Counted from the stretch's first letter, positions 18,605-27,998 are shown. The stretch is 64,000 nt of DNA from Steroidobacteraceae bacterium (GCA_035621995.1 DASPWF010000009.1:9945-73944); one strand, 5' to 3'. Notes: generated by a model not told the origin, from the letters alone. Made by a program: numbers and translations.

Positions 18605-19192
18605 GTGCGGGTCGTGGCGCCGACCGCCGAGACTTCGACGACCCGGGACGACGCGATCCCGAGCATCCTGCGTGCGGCTGCATTCGCCGCGGAACGGCAT
18701 CGCGACCAGCGGCGCAAGGGGAAACACGCCTCGCCGTACATCAACCATCCGCTGGCCCTCGCCCGCCTGCTTGCCGACGAATGCGATGAGCATGACCCGA
18801 AGGTGCTGGTAGCGGCGTTGTTGCACGACACGGTCGAAGACACGGCCACCACGTTTGGGGAGATCGAACAGCTTTTTGGCGCGGCGGTGGCGGATATTGT
18901 GCGGGAGGTGACCGACGACAAGTCCCTGCCCAAGACAGAGCGCAAGCGCCTCCAGGTTGAGCGTGCCGCCCATGCGAGCCACCCTGCCCGGCTGGTCAAG
19001 CTGGCAGACAAGATCTGCAACTTGCGCGACCTCAGCAGCGGGCCTCCCACTGACTGGACCCATGAGCGGTTGCGCGAATACTTCGACTGGGCCAAGGCCG
19101 TGGTCGACCGCATGCGCGGCACACACCCGCAGCTCGAGGCGCTGTTTGACCGCGAATACCTGCGCAAGCCGTCCGCCCCGGCGAGCAAATGA
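18605..19192 (+). CDS. MESH1-type small alarmone hydrolase (HD-domain (p)ppGpp pyrophosphohydrolase)
   Basis: It is 195 aa with a GTG start. AAAFAAERHRDQRRKG..SPYINHPLALARLL...ALLHDTVEDT...REVTDDKSLPKTERKRLQVE...KLADKICNLRDL are the blocks I recall from metazoan MESH1/HDDC3 and bacterial single-domain SpoT-like hydrolases. Confidence 0.8.
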   Translation: MRVVAPTAETSTTRDDAIPSILRAAAFAAERHRDQRRKGKHASPYINHPLALARLLADECDEHDPKVLVAALLHDTVEDTATTFGEIEQLFGAAVADIVREVTDDKSLPKTERKRLQVERAAHASHPARLVKLADKICNLRDLSSGPPTDWTHERLREYFDWAKAVVDRMRGTHPQLEALFDREYLRKPSAPASK

Positions 19193-19241
19193 CCGCAGGC
19201 GGGCGAGCACTAACCACCAGAACAAGACAGGGAGCATCCGC

Positions 19242-19784
19242 ATGTCAACGAGGTCAATCGCCGCTCTCGCCACCTTCGCTATCGCCGTGCTGGCCGCCTG
19301 GACGAGCAGTGCACAGCAGTCGCCGCCTGCAACGAATCCGCTCGATGCGGTCCCGGAAAAGATGCCGTTCGATATCCCTTACGGGCCGCCCATTACACTC
19401 GAGCGCGCAACGACTCTCATCGCCGCAGCGATCGCTGAGGCGAAGAAGCGCGACTGGAAGCTGAACGTCGCGGTCGTCGACTCGGGCGGGAATCTCGTGG
19501 CCTTCGAGCGCATGGATGGCGCGCAGCTCGCCTCGATTCAGGTCGCCGAGCACAAGGCACGCGCTTCGGCAACGTTTCGACGTGAGACTAAGGCGTTCGA
19601 GAATGCGATCCAGGTAAACGGCTCGAACTACGTCATGACGCTCGACGGCGTCGTCGCCTCGCGTGGCGGAATTCCCCTCATCGAGGGTGCCAAGCTGATC
19701 GGGGCAATCGGTTGCTCAGGCGGCACCGGCTCGCAGGACGAGGTGGCCTGCATGGCCGCTGCCGCACTGCTCAAAAAGCCGTGA
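19242..19784 (+). CDS. GlcG/HbpS-family (DUF336) heme-binding-like protein, secreted
   Basis: I take the ATG at 19242. A signal peptide MSTRSIAALATFAIAVLAAWTSSAQ is present. The motifs NVAVVDSGGNLVAFERMDGA and GAIGCSGGTGSQDEVAC match the family. Confidence 0.8.
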   Translation: MSTRSIAALATFAIAVLAAWTSSAQQSPPATNPLDAVPEKMPFDIPYGPPITLERATTLIAAAIAEAKKRDWKLNVAVVDSGGNLVAFERMDGAQLASIQVAEHKARASATFRRETKAFENAIQVNGSNYVMTLDGVVASRGGIPLIEGAKLIGAIGCSGGTGSQDEVACMAAAALLKKP

Positions 19785-19787
19785 GGC

Positions 19788-20756
19788 TCACGCCCGCGGC
19801 TCGGCGAATAACTGCACCCAGTACAAGCCGTGGCGCGAGGCGCGGCCTGGAGCGTAGGCGATGCCCATCTCGGCGAACCGCGGATCCATGATGTTCTCGC
19901 AGTGACCGGGGCTGTCGAGCCATCCGTCGACGACTTCCTCGACGGTGCCGGGGCCGTAGGCGAGATTCTCGCCCACGAGCTTCTCGCTATATCCCGCCGC
20001 GCGCACGCGATCCGCGGGTGACTTTCCCGCGAGGTCCTCGTGCTCGAAGTAGTTGTGCTCGGCCATGTCATCGGCGTGTCCGAGCGCCACACCGGCCAGT
20101 GTTCCGGAGAACCTGAGCGGCGGCGCCGGCGAGAAAGTGCGCGTTCCGCAGCGCGCCCCGTGGGCACGTACCTCATTGACGAGTTGTAAAGCGCGCGTCG
20201 ACAAGAGTGGCGCCGTGGGTACAGCCGGTGCCGTGTGAACGGCGGGCGCCGCGGGGGCAACCGGAATCGGAATCGCGGCGCGGGGCTGCTGCGGCGGCAC
20301 CCCCGAGCCTGCGGCGGGCGGAGGAGTGCGATCGGTAGTCGAGAGCGCGCCCGGCAGGAAGGGCGATACCACGACGAGCCAGGTATCAGTGGCGCGCCGG
20401 TAAACACCGATGCCACGTACCTCGCGGTCCATGACGATGCGGCAGCCCGAGTGCCGCAGTTGCTGCACCATCGAGTCATCCGTGCCGATGAAGTGGAGAC
20501 CTCCGGCGAGCTCGGGACGGTAGCCATTGTCCTCGGCGGCCGCCGCCAGCGCCCGCCCGTCGGCCCACTGCTCGGCTATGCGGTCGAGCACCACGTTACG
20601 TCGTACCGGTGGAGCGGCCGGAAAGATCCCACCGCATCCTCCGGCGCGCAGCATCTGCACCGTGGAAAGCGCGTCGGCCGCTGCAAGTGGCAGCGCCGCC
20701 GGCACAGCGAGCGCTACCCAGATCCCGTGCAACAGGGCGCGGCAAAACCGCCTCAT
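19788..20756 (-). CDS. Secreted CAP/SCP (YkwD-like) domain protein with a Pro-rich linker
   Basis: I take the ATG at 20756 (MRRFCRALLHGIWVALAVPAALPLAAA signal). The C-terminus HADDMAEHNYFEHED...GENLAYG...WLDSPGHCENIMDPRFAEMG is a CAP domain. The N-terminal half looks like a degenerate second copy. Confidence 0.75.
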   Translation of the reverse strand: MRRFCRALLHGIWVALAVPAALPLAAADALSTVQMLRAGGCGGIFPAAPPVRRNVVLDRIAEQWADGRALAAAAEDNGYRPELAGGLHFIGTDDSMVQQLRHSGCRIVMDREVRGIGVYRRATDTWLVVVSPFLPGALSTTDRTPPPAAGSGVPPQQPRAAIPIPVAPAAPAVHTAPAVPTAPLLSTRALQLVNEVRAHGARCGTRTFSPAPPLRFSGTLAGVALGHADDMAEHNYFEHEDLAGKSPADRVRAAGYSEKLVGENLAYGPGTVEEVVDGWLDSPGHCENIMDPRFAEMGIAYAPGRASRHGLYWVQLFAEPRA

Positions 20757-21003
20757 CTCATAGCTCCCGTGACCGCGCAGCCGTGATCCAAGCGAGCGAG
20801 CCTCGCTGCACAAACGCACGGGCGGCGGAGTGGATGACGGGTCACTGCGGCACCGGTCACAGAGATTAAGTGAGCGGTTGTGGGCTCCTGCCCCTTCGGG
20901 CAACGCACGGCGCAGGGTACGCCGAAACGCGCCAGCACATGACAGAATGCGGCCGCCGTGGCGCTGCGTCGCGCAGGGAACGCGAACTTGCGGAGGTCTC
21001 TCC

Positions 21004-22662
21004 ATGCACTGGCCCAATGCGATCATAGACTTTCTGCGTGGGCAACCGGTCCTGGTGCTCTTCGTGCTGCTCGGGATCGGCCACGTCCTCGGACGTATCA
21101 AGGTCGCGGGCTTTGCCTTCGGACCGGTCGCCGGCGTGCTGCTGGTCGCGCTCGTCCTTGGCTCCTACGGCTTTCGCATCTCCCCGGGCGCCCAGGCCGT
21201 CGGGTTCGCGCTCTTCATCTTCGCCGTCGGCTATCAGGCGGGCCCGCGATTCATCGAGGTGCTCAGAGCACAGGGCCTGCAGTACTTCGCGCTCGCCGTG
21301 TTCGTGACCGGCATCGGGTTCGTGACGGCCTGGCTCGCCGGGCGGCTGCTGAGGCTGCCGCTGGGTGGGAACGCGGGGCTGCTCGCCGGGGCGCTCACCT
21401 CGAGTCCCTCGCTTGCGGCCGCTCAGGACGCCGTGCGTTCCGGTCTCGTCTCACTGCCGGCGGGCTGGACTGCTGAATCTGCGCTCGCGTCTATCGGCAC
21501 AAGCTATGCGATCGCCTATGTCGTCGGCACCCTCGGCATCGTCGCATTAGTCAGTCTCTTTCCCAAAGTCATCGGCCTCGATCTCGAAGGTGAGGCGCGG
21601 CGCCTCGAGCAGCTGGTCGAAGAGGACGCCGCCGAACCCCTGCAGGCACGCGCTTACCGCGTGCAGAACGAGGAGTTCTGCCACGCCCCGCTCGCCCAGC
21701 TCGCCGAGCAGTACTGGGACGGTCTCGCCGTGGTGCGTATTCGTCGGGCGTCGGTGTGGCTCAAGCAGCACCCGCAGGAGCACCTGCGCATCGGCGACGA
21801 GCTCTACGCATACGGGTATGCCAAGTTCTTCCGCGGCGGTATCGACCGGGCCGGTCCCGAGATTCCCATCCTGAGCGAAACGGAACTCTCGGCATCCCAG
21901 CGTCACGTGGTCATCGCGCGACGCGGGGCGGTAGGTAAGTCGCTGCGTGAGTTGAATCTCGCGCGCCACTACGGGCTCGTAGTCTACAGCGTCAGGCGCG
22001 ACGGCTACGCGCTGCCGGTCACGCATGATCTCGTCCTGCAGCGGGGCGACGTGTTGACGGTGGTCGGCCCGATGTTGGGCATCAAGGCGCTTCCGGAGAC
22101 GCTCGGGCCGGTCGAGCCGAATCCGGTCGAAACGGACATGATGACCTTCGTATTCGGGGTCGCCCTGGGCGCGGCGCTCGGGTTGCTGTCGACTACCGTG
22201 CGCGGAATTCCGCTGACGCTCGGGATGGCGGGTGGACTACTCTTGGTGGGCATTTTGATCGGCTGGATCAACAGCACCCGTCCCACGGTCGGCCGCTTTC
22301 CCGACGCGGCGCGCTGGGTTCTCATGGAGTTCGGGCTGCTGATCTTCATCGCCGGCGTCGGCCTGAACGCGGGCGGTGGCATCCTCCATACGCTACGCCA
22401 CTCCGGAATCGGCCTGATCATCGCCGCGGTGCTCGTCGTCTTGCTCCCCTTGAGCCTGGGCTATCTGTTCGGCAGGAAAGTTCTCGGGCTCGAGCCGGTG
22501 CTGTTGCTCGGCGCGCTGACCGGGGCGATGACCTCGGGTCCCGCACTCAGTCTCATAACGCGGGAGGCGCAGAGCCCGGTGCCGGCGCTCGGCTACACGG
22601 GAACCTACGCGCTCGCCAGCATCCTGCTGACCGTTGCGGGCACGGTGATCATGCACGTGTAA
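21004..22662 (+). CDS. YidE/YbjL/AspT-family transporter with central TrkA-C (RCK_C) domains
   Basis: I take the ATG at 21004. FLRGQPVLVLFVLLGIGHVLGRIKVAGFAFGPVAGVLLVAL...FIFAVGYQAGPRF is the family N-terminus. Two soluble RCK_C-like segments sit in the middle and a duplicated membrane half follows. Confidence 0.8.
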   Translation: MHWPNAIIDFLRGQPVLVLFVLLGIGHVLGRIKVAGFAFGPVAGVLLVALVLGSYGFRISPGAQAVGFALFIFAVGYQAGPRFIEVLRAQGLQYFALAVFVTGIGFVTAWLAGRLLRLPLGGNAGLLAGALTSSPSLAAAQDAVRSGLVSLPAGWTAESALASIGTSYAIAYVVGTLGIVALVSLFPKVIGLDLEGEARRLEQLVEEDAAEPLQARAYRVQNEEFCHAPLAQLAEQYWDGLAVVRIRRASVWLKQHPQEHLRIGDELYAYGYAKFFRGGIDRAGPEIPILSETELSASQRHVVIARRGAVGKSLRELNLARHYGLVVYSVRRDGYALPVTHDLVLQRGDVLTVVGPMLGIKALPETLGPVEPNPVETDMMTFVFGVALGAALGLLSTTVRGIPLTLGMAGGLLLVGILIGWINSTRPTVGRFPDAARWVLMEFGLLIFIAGVGLNAGGGILHTLRHSGIGLIIAAVLVVLLPLSLGYLFGRKVLGLEPVLLLGALTGAMTSGPALSLITREAQSPVPALGYTGTYALASILLTVAGTVIMHV

Positions 22663-22681
22663 GGTAATCCGCCGTGGGCCC

Positions 22682-23326
22682 CTAGAAGCGCATGCCGATC
22701 AGGATCGGCAGCATCTGCAGCGACTGTCCCGAGGTCTGCACCTGTGTGTAGCGCGCTTCGACGAACAACGTCGGCCCCGAGGCGAGACGAAAGCCGATGC
22801 CGGCGCCGGCATTCCAGCCGAAACGCGTGCTCGAATTGGAAGCGACCACGGTATCGCCGCTGCCGGTGTAGCAGTAGTACCACCACGGGTTGCACACGTA
22901 ACCGTAACCGTACTCGGTCAGCTGGATACTGGTGTAGTAAGCGCCGATCCCCCCGATCAGGTAGCCGTACACCGCGTTCGAGAAGAAGTGCTGCGCCTCG
23001 AGGTTGACGGTTGCGTTCCACGAGTCGACCCAACCTCCGGTGATGTTGAGACCGGTCGACTCGCTGCCCTGCTGCAGCAATGCGCGGGTGGCATTGTTCG
23101 AGCCGTAGTTGAAGTCGAGGCGGATACCGAGCGGCTGGCCCGGATTGCGGAACGTGACGCCGAAGCCGAAATCCCACCCGGTCTGCAGAAGATCACTGGT
23201 GTTACCGAGCGGCTCGAGCACTCCACCCATAATGTGCCAGCGCACCGGCGAGGTTTCCTGCGCGTACGCCTTCGGCGCGGCGGCAACCACGGCGCCGAGG
23301 GCAAGCAACGCAACGCGATACAGCAT
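22682..23326 (-). CDS. Outer-membrane beta-barrel protein (paralog of 29495..30160)
   Basis: It is 214 aa, with AGGAGG upstream and a signal peptide ...APKAYAQ. Alternating aromatic strands are present, and the sequence ends in the terminal ...LIGMRF typical of OMPs. It carries the motif GYGYVCNPWWYYCY. Confidence 0.8.
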   Translation of the reverse strand: MLYRVALLALGAVVAAAPKAYAQETSPVRWHIMGGVLEPLGNTSDLLQTGWDFGFGVTFRNPGQPLGIRLDFNYGSNNATRALLQQGSESTGLNITGGWVDSWNATVNLEAQHFFSNAVYGYLIGGIGAYYTSIQLTEYGYGYVCNPWWYYCYTGSGDTVVASNSSTRFGWNAGAGIGFRLASGPTLFVEARYTQVQTSGQSLQMLPILIGMRF

Positions 23327-23468
23327 GAAAGGCTCCTCCTGGATGGCCCTGTGCTCCGCCAGAGCATGCGCTTTCTATGGTACCTCACCCGTACGTACGT
23401 CCGCGAACGAGCTCGAGCGCGCGCTGAGCGCCAGCCGGCCGCACCCGCGGTGCTCCTTGATCGTCACA

Positions 23469-23642
23469 TCAGTGGCAGTGGATATCGTTGTCGACGCAGC
23501 CCTGCCAGGCATGCTCGTGATACCAGCGGTGGTGGTCACGATCGTAGTAGCCTTCGCGTGGCTCAACCACGCAGCCGCTCGCAAGCAGCATCAGTCCAAG
23601 CAGGAAGAGCGTCGCCTGGACGATCGGTTTGGACATACTCAT
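23469..23642 (-). CDS. Small lipoprotein (57 aa), His/Tyr/Trp-rich
   Basis: The sequence is MSMSKPIVQATLFLLGLMLLASGC (lipobox LASGC) then VVEPREGYYDRDHHRWYHEHAWQGCVDNDIHCH. GGAG lies 7 nt upstream. Confidence 0.65.
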   Translation of the reverse strand: MSMSKPIVQATLFLLGLMLLASGCVVEPREGYYDRDHHRWYHEHAWQGCVDNDIHCH

Positions 23643-23807
23643 AGGCACTCCGGGGACTCGAAGATGCTTCAGCGTAACGGACCGCGATCCGCAGGCGCCG
23701 TCCGCCTCCATCCGCGACCGCGTGTGAGCTGACGCTTACACGTGTGCGCCCGGCACGCCGGAATCTATAATCCGTCCGAGCAGAAGCACGCACGTCAAGG
23801 GGGTGTC

Positions 23808-24560
23808 ATGAGTTCTCAACCGGTCTCCTGTTGCAGCCCGTCGCTCGCTTGCGACCGGCGCAGCGTGCTCAGGCTTCTGTCAGGCGTGACCGTCGCGATG
23901 GCCGGTGCCGGCATCGCCGTACCGCCGCCCGCGAGGGCCGCAGCACTGACCAAGGAGGAGCGCGACAAGCTGACGCCCGATGCCGTGCTGGCGCAGCTCG
24001 AGCAGGGGAACGAGCGCTTTCGCAGCGGCAAGACGCAACCCCATGACTACCTTGCGCAGAAGCGTGCGACTGCCGGCGGGCAGTACCCCGCCGCGGCTAT
24101 TCTCAGTTGCATCGACTCACGAGCCCCGGCCGAAATCATCCTGGACGCGCGCATCGGCGACATGTTTGTGGCCCGCATCGCCGGCAACGTGGTCAACGAT
24201 GATCTGCTCGGGAGCCTCGAGTTCGCCTGCGCCGCAGCGGGGGCCAAGCTCGTGCTGGTGATGGGTCACACCGCCTGCGGTGCCATCAAAGGCGCGATCG
24301 ACGGCGTCGAGCTCGGGCATCTCACCGCGCTGCTCGGTAAGATCAGGCCGGCGGTCGCCGCGACGGAATACGCGGGTGACAGAACGAGTAAAAACGCCGA
24401 CTTCGTCGACGCCGTGGCGCGCACCAATGTCATGCGGACCGTGCAGGACATCCGCCAGCGCAGCGGCGTGCTCGCAGGACTCGAGAAGGACGGGAAGGTC
24501 CGCATCGCCGGGTCGATGTACCACCTGGTGGGCGGGCGTGTGGAGCTCGTGAGCGGATGA
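23808..24560 (+). CDS. Beta-class carbonic anhydrase with a twin-arginine-like signal peptide
   Basis: I take the ATG at 23808. CDRRSVLRLLSGVTVAMAGAGIAVPPPARA is Tat-like. The zinc-site blocks SCIDSR and GHTACGAIKGA are present. Confidence 0.85.
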   Translation: MSSQPVSCCSPSLACDRRSVLRLLSGVTVAMAGAGIAVPPPARAAALTKEERDKLTPDAVLAQLEQGNERFRSGKTQPHDYLAQKRATAGGQYPAAAILSCIDSRAPAEIILDARIGDMFVARIAGNVVNDDLLGSLEFACAAAGAKLVLVMGHTACGAIKGAIDGVELGHLTALLGKIRPAVAATEYAGDRTSKNADFVDAVARTNVMRTVQDIRQRSGVLAGLEKDGKVRIAGSMYHLVGGRVELVSG

Positions 24561-24603
24561 GGCCCGCCCGATCCGGAGTGGGAATCGCGGCGGGCGGTGT
24601 TCG

Positions 24604-25128
24604 ATGGGGGGTCGTATGCACAAGGTATTCGAGAAGATCAAGGAAGAGCTGCTGGCACTGCTGCCGCCGACGATCTATTTTCTGATCGCGCTCGGCCTGG
24701 TGGCCGAGGTCCACCGGTTGATGTCGAAGGGCACTGGTCTTTCTGTCGCGACCTCGGCTCAGATCCTGGTCGGCGCACTCATTCTGGGCAAAGCGGTGCT
24801 GATCTCCGACCTCCTGCCGTTCGTCAACCGCTACCCGGACAAGCCACTTGCCTACAACATCGCATGGAAGGGCAGCATCTACTTTGTCGTCGCCACGCTC
24901 ATCCACTACCTCGAGCGACTCATCGACTTCTGGAAGGAGGCTGGCGGATTCGCAGCCGCCAACCGCGACCTCCTGGCCCGTATCATCTGGCCGCATTTCT
25001 GGGCCCTACAGATCGTGCTGCTGATACTGATCTTCAACTACTGTCTGCTGCACGAACTTGCACGGGTCATGGGAGCGGCAAAGATGCGTCACATGTTCTT
25101 CGGCGGGGGGGCGGGCGTCGCGGCGTGA
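24604..25128 (+). CDS. Hypothetical integral membrane protein (about 4 TM)
   Basis: It is 174 aa (alternative ATG at 24616) and lies 43 nt downstream of the carbonic anhydrase. Hydrophobic segments include TIYFLIALGLVAEV, ILVGALILGKAVLI, IYFVVATLIHYL and ALQIVLLILIFNYCLL. I recognise no family. Confidence 0.6.
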   Translation: MGGRMHKVFEKIKEELLALLPPTIYFLIALGLVAEVHRLMSKGTGLSVATSAQILVGALILGKAVLISDLLPFVNRYPDKPLAYNIAWKGSIYFVVATLIHYLERLIDFWKEAGGFAAANRDLLARIIWPHFWALQIVLLILIFNYCLLHELARVMGAAKMRHMFFGGGAGVAA

Positions 25129-25329
25129 GTCTTATGTCACGCTCCGGCTGAGCTTCTGTCCGCCGGATTGCCGTGCCCGGTGAGGCGGTCGCGGGAACGA
25201 CGCTGCCCAGTGAGCGCGCCAGCGAAACTTTGGGACGCGTCGGGCGTCGATTAACAGAGACGCTTCGACGTCGGCGGGACCGGATCGCCCGTAGCGTGAG
25301 CTACGTCCGTTGTCCTGACGGAGACCCAG

Positions 25330-25683
25330 ATGAAGACATATCTTGCCCTTGGCCTGCTGCCCCTCCTGTTCGCCTCGGCGCTCGCAGACGTTGGGACGCT
25401 ACCATCACCGGACACGCAGAAGCAGCCGCGCACGCTCGGGCAAAAGGCAGTGTTACATATTTATTACTATGCGCCGAAGACGCTGGAGATCACCTACGTG
25501 GACTCCTACCTCTTCAAGGATGAGGATGCCTGCCGAAGCGCGATCTCCGCGGCGCTGCAGATAGCCATGCCGTACGCCGGCGAGGGTGATCTGGTGAGCG
25601 CGCGCTGCGTGGGCATGAATCCGCCCGCGCCCATCACCAAGCCCGACCAGAAGCACGAATCACCCGATAGCACGGAGCTCTGA
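25330..25683 (+). CDS. Hypothetical secreted protein (117 aa, 2 Cys)
   Basis: GGAGA lies 6 nt upstream. The signal peptide is MKTYLALGLLPLLFASALA. Confidence 0.6.
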   Translation: MKTYLALGLLPLLFASALADVGTLPSPDTQKQPRTLGQKAVLHIYYYAPKTLEITYVDSYLFKDEDACRSAISAALQIAMPYAGEGDLVSARCVGMNPPAPITKPDQKHESPDSTEL

Positions 25684-25690
25684 CGGGAAA

Positions 25691-25996
25691 CTATCGACAG
25701 GTAAACACGACGGCCATCGCTGACGTCGCAGGTTTCGGACAGGTGTCCGGCTCGAAGCGCTCGACGACCGACACCTGATCGAACTTCCCGCAGTAATTGT
25801 CCGCCGCTCGAACGGCCTTCACCTGCGGATTGGTCAACCCCGACTCCGAGCAGGCACTGACACTGTGCTGGCCGCCTCCAAGGTCCTTCACCTGATCGCC
25901 CGCGCAGCCCCCAAGCGCCCAGAGCAAGAACGTCGCGGTGATGACGGTCGCGAGCCGCCGCTCGGAGCGCTTGCGGGAAAACACGATTCCGTGCAT
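25691..25996 (-). CDS. Hypothetical lipoprotein (101 aa, 4 further Cys)
   Basis: ATVITATFLLWALGGC contains a lipobox. The start is taken at the ATG at 25996 and is uncertain. Confidence 0.5.
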   Translation of the reverse strand: MHGIVFSRKRSERRLATVITATFLLWALGGCAGDQVKDLGGGQHSVSACSESGLTNPQVKAVRAADNYCGKFDQVSVVERFEPDTCPKPATSAMAVVFTCR

Positions 25997-26018
25997 GGCG
26001 ATGCTCTCGTACACCGCG

Positions 26019-26228
26019 TCAGTTCCCGGACGCTGCCTGCGCACGGCGTGCAGCGTCCTCGGGGGCTATGCAGCTGTACGTGGTGGTGTTGCCCGCAGGC
26101 GTGGCGAGGGTCGCCATCCCCTTCCCGGCGCATTCGAGCTCCGCCTGCTCGAGCGCCGGCGAGCTCATACGAGCTGACGGTGTGCATCCGACCGTAAGCG
26201 TCGCAAGGAAAGCGGCCATCCACTTCAT
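26019..26228 (-). CDS. Mini-lipoprotein (69 aa), paralog of 28111..28332
   Basis: MKWMAAFLATLTVGC contains a lipobox. It shares the motif ALEQAE-x2-CA-x2-GK ... Y-x-C with the 73-aa lipoprotein. Confidence 0.55.
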   Translation of the reverse strand: MKWMAAFLATLTVGCTPSARMSSPALEQAELECAGKGMATLATPAGNTTTYSCIAPEDAARRAQAASGN

Positions 26229-26406
26229 GGGGTGTGTCCGGCGAACGGGTCTCAACAAAAGTAAGTCTAGGACGCCGCCCGACAGCCAACCGTGAAATCC
26301 CCCACAGACCACGCGACGAGAGTGTCAGTACCCGGCGACAATAGCCGCCTCTTCCTGCCTCGGGTTACATTGGGCTCGCCGTGCCGGTGGGACGGGGAGG
26401 AGCACC

Positions 26407-26697
26407 ATGGATGGGCCGTTTTCGTTTACGTCATTGTGCCCACGATGCGGGCACGAGCGATCCCAGGACGACCTCGACCGTCGGTCACTGCGCAGATCGC
26501 TCGCGCTTGGGCACCTGATCGAGGGCTACTGCGCCACGTGCGACGATCTCTGGCCCATCAGCATCCCGGAGCGGGCTTCGCTCGCGCAGGCACTCGCGGC
26601 CAACGAGAGGCACGTGCCAACCCCGGACGTGTCGCAAATCCGGCCCGCCTCCCGCCGCGCCGGAGACGCCAGCGCCCGGCGTTCGCCCAAGCAATGA
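26407..26697 (+). CDS. Hypothetical zinc-ribbon-like protein (96 aa)
   Basis: A strong SD sequence (GGAGGAG) lies upstream. The pattern CPRC ... CATC is present. There is no signal peptide. Confidence 0.6.
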   Translation: MDGPFSFTSLCPRCGHERSQDDLDRRSLRRSLALGHLIEGYCATCDDLWPISIPERASLAQALAANERHVPTPDVSQIRPASRRAGDASARRSPKQ

Positions 26698-26834
26698 GGC
26701 GATCAGGCACGCCGGCGATGTGCGCCAGCGTGGCGAGGCCGCAGCGGCACGTCATTGCCAGTCACGACGAATTGCGGGCCAGCCGCACGGCTTGAGGGTC
26801 GAAGCAGTGCGGGATAGGTCACGGAACCGTACGA

Positions 26835-27368
26835 ATGCGGCGGAGGACAATCGCGCCCGCTGTGTCCGCACGCAACATTGCCATCTGCAGCCTCGTGACG
26901 CTGCTCGCGGCATGCGACAAGGCATCGCTGCCCGCCCCTCCGGTGGCCACCGCAAGCGCCGCCGCAGCCGTGCCGACGCCTGCGCCTCCGGCCAGCAAGA
27001 TCAGTCCCCAGGTGCAGGAGAAATGTGACCGCGATGCGCGCGACTGGTATGAGCACCAGCGCGCCTGGGAAGACTTCCCCAACTCCGCTGGCGTGCGCAT
27101 CGTGAGCACCTACGCCAATCATTACAGCACCAGATTCAACAGGTGCTATGCAGTCGTGGACCGCGCGACGTCCAACACCGACGTGAAGACCGGCGCGGTC
27201 ACACAGTTGCGGACCAGCACCTTGACCGACGTCCTGGCGGACCGCGACGTCGGCACTGCGAATTGGTTCGGCTCCAACGATGCCTTCAATCAATGCCAGG
27301 TGAACGGAACCGCGTGTTTATCCAAGCAGGAGTGGATCGCGCTCCTGAGGCCGTACCTCGAAGACTGA
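26835..27368 (+). CDS. Hypothetical lipoprotein (177 aa)
   Basis: NIAICSLVTLLAAC contains a lipobox. An Ala/Pro linker follows, then a globular domain with 4 Cys. Confidence 0.6.
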   Translation: MRRRTIAPAVSARNIAICSLVTLLAACDKASLPAPPVATASAAAAVPTPAPPASKISPQVQEKCDRDARDWYEHQRAWEDFPNSAGVRIVSTYANHYSTRFNRCYAVVDRATSNTDVKTGAVTQLRTSTLTDVLADRDVGTANWFGSNDAFNQCQVNGTACLSKQEWIALLRPYLED

Positions 27369-27400
27369 GGCGGCCGACGTCGGACCAGCAGACAGGGACG

Positions 27401-27425
27401 GGGTCGCCGGAGCGTCCGGCGACCC
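27401..27425. terminator. Bidirectional hairpin between convergent genes
   Basis: gggtcgccgg-agcgt-ccggcgaccc forms a perfect 10-bp stem with a 5-nt loop. Confidence 0.6.
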
Positions 27426-27443
27426 ACACACCGTGACTCGTCA

Positions 27444-27998
27444 CTAAGAGATCTTGCGGATCTTCGCCCCTTGTAGTGAAGCGTCACCCATCAAGCCCTT
27501 CTCACCGAAGATAAAGGCGTTGACCGGCTTGTTGATCGTTTCAGTGTCGTACGCTCCACCCGCCCCTTTCTTCGCAACCGCCACCGAGGCATCTCCGCCG
27601 ATCGACCAGTTGCCACCGTGGAGCAGCTTGTCGCGTGCCTCTGGCGTTTTGAAGACGATGACCTCGCTGTGCCGCGACAGCCCGAGAGTCAAACCGATCG
27701 AAGCTCCCGAAATGGAGTAGTAGCCGACGGTCTTGCCCCCCTCCTGCAGGGCGCCGTCGCCGTGCTCACCGCCGACGCCAATACCGCCCTTGGTGATGTC
27801 CGGAAATACCAGCACGGCCGCGGCGTTCTGCACCAGGTCCCGGTTCTTGTCCGACATGGCATAAAACTTATCGAGCGTCGCACCCACCTGAGTATCGAGC
27901 GCGGTGGTGTCGACGGCCGACGCGACGCCAGCAGTCACGGCGGCCAATGCGGCGATGGTCGTCATAGTCATGTATGACGTGAGTGACTTCCGTTTCAT
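27444..27998 (-). CDS. SYLF (Ysc84/DUF500) lipid-binding-domain protein, secreted
   Basis: AAGGAGA lies upstream. VLVFPDITKGGIGVGGEHGDGAL...GYYSISGASIGLTLGL...WSIGGDASVAVAKKGAG...AFIFGEKGLMGDASLQGAKI matches the SYLF pattern. Confidence 0.75.
   Translation of the reverse strand: MKRKSLTSYMTMTTIAALAAVTAGVASAVDTTALDTQVGATLDKFYAMSDKNRDLVQNAAAVLVFPDITKGGIGVGGEHGDGALQEGGKTVGYYSISGASIGLTLGLSRHSEVIVFKTPEARDKLLHGGNWSIGGDASVAVAKKGAGGAYDTETINKPVNAFIFGEKGLMGDASLQGAKIRKIS

Noticed and set aside
18421-19188. The N-terminal 256 codons of the 530-aa minus-strand ORF 17596..19188.
   Set aside because: This part is antisense to the well-supported MESH1-type HD gene and has junk-like composition. A clean signal peptide begins at the ATG at 18420.
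20757-21101. The long N-terminal extensions in the track for the CAP-domain gene (to 21101). Similar extensions exist for the YidE/YbjL transporter (from 20830), OmpA (from 16134), RND genes, FUSC (from 61702) and others.
   Set aside because: The extensions are low-complexity Arg-rich sequence and overlap neighbouring genes or promoters. Internal ATGs give canonical signal peptides or family N-termini, often with an SD sequence.
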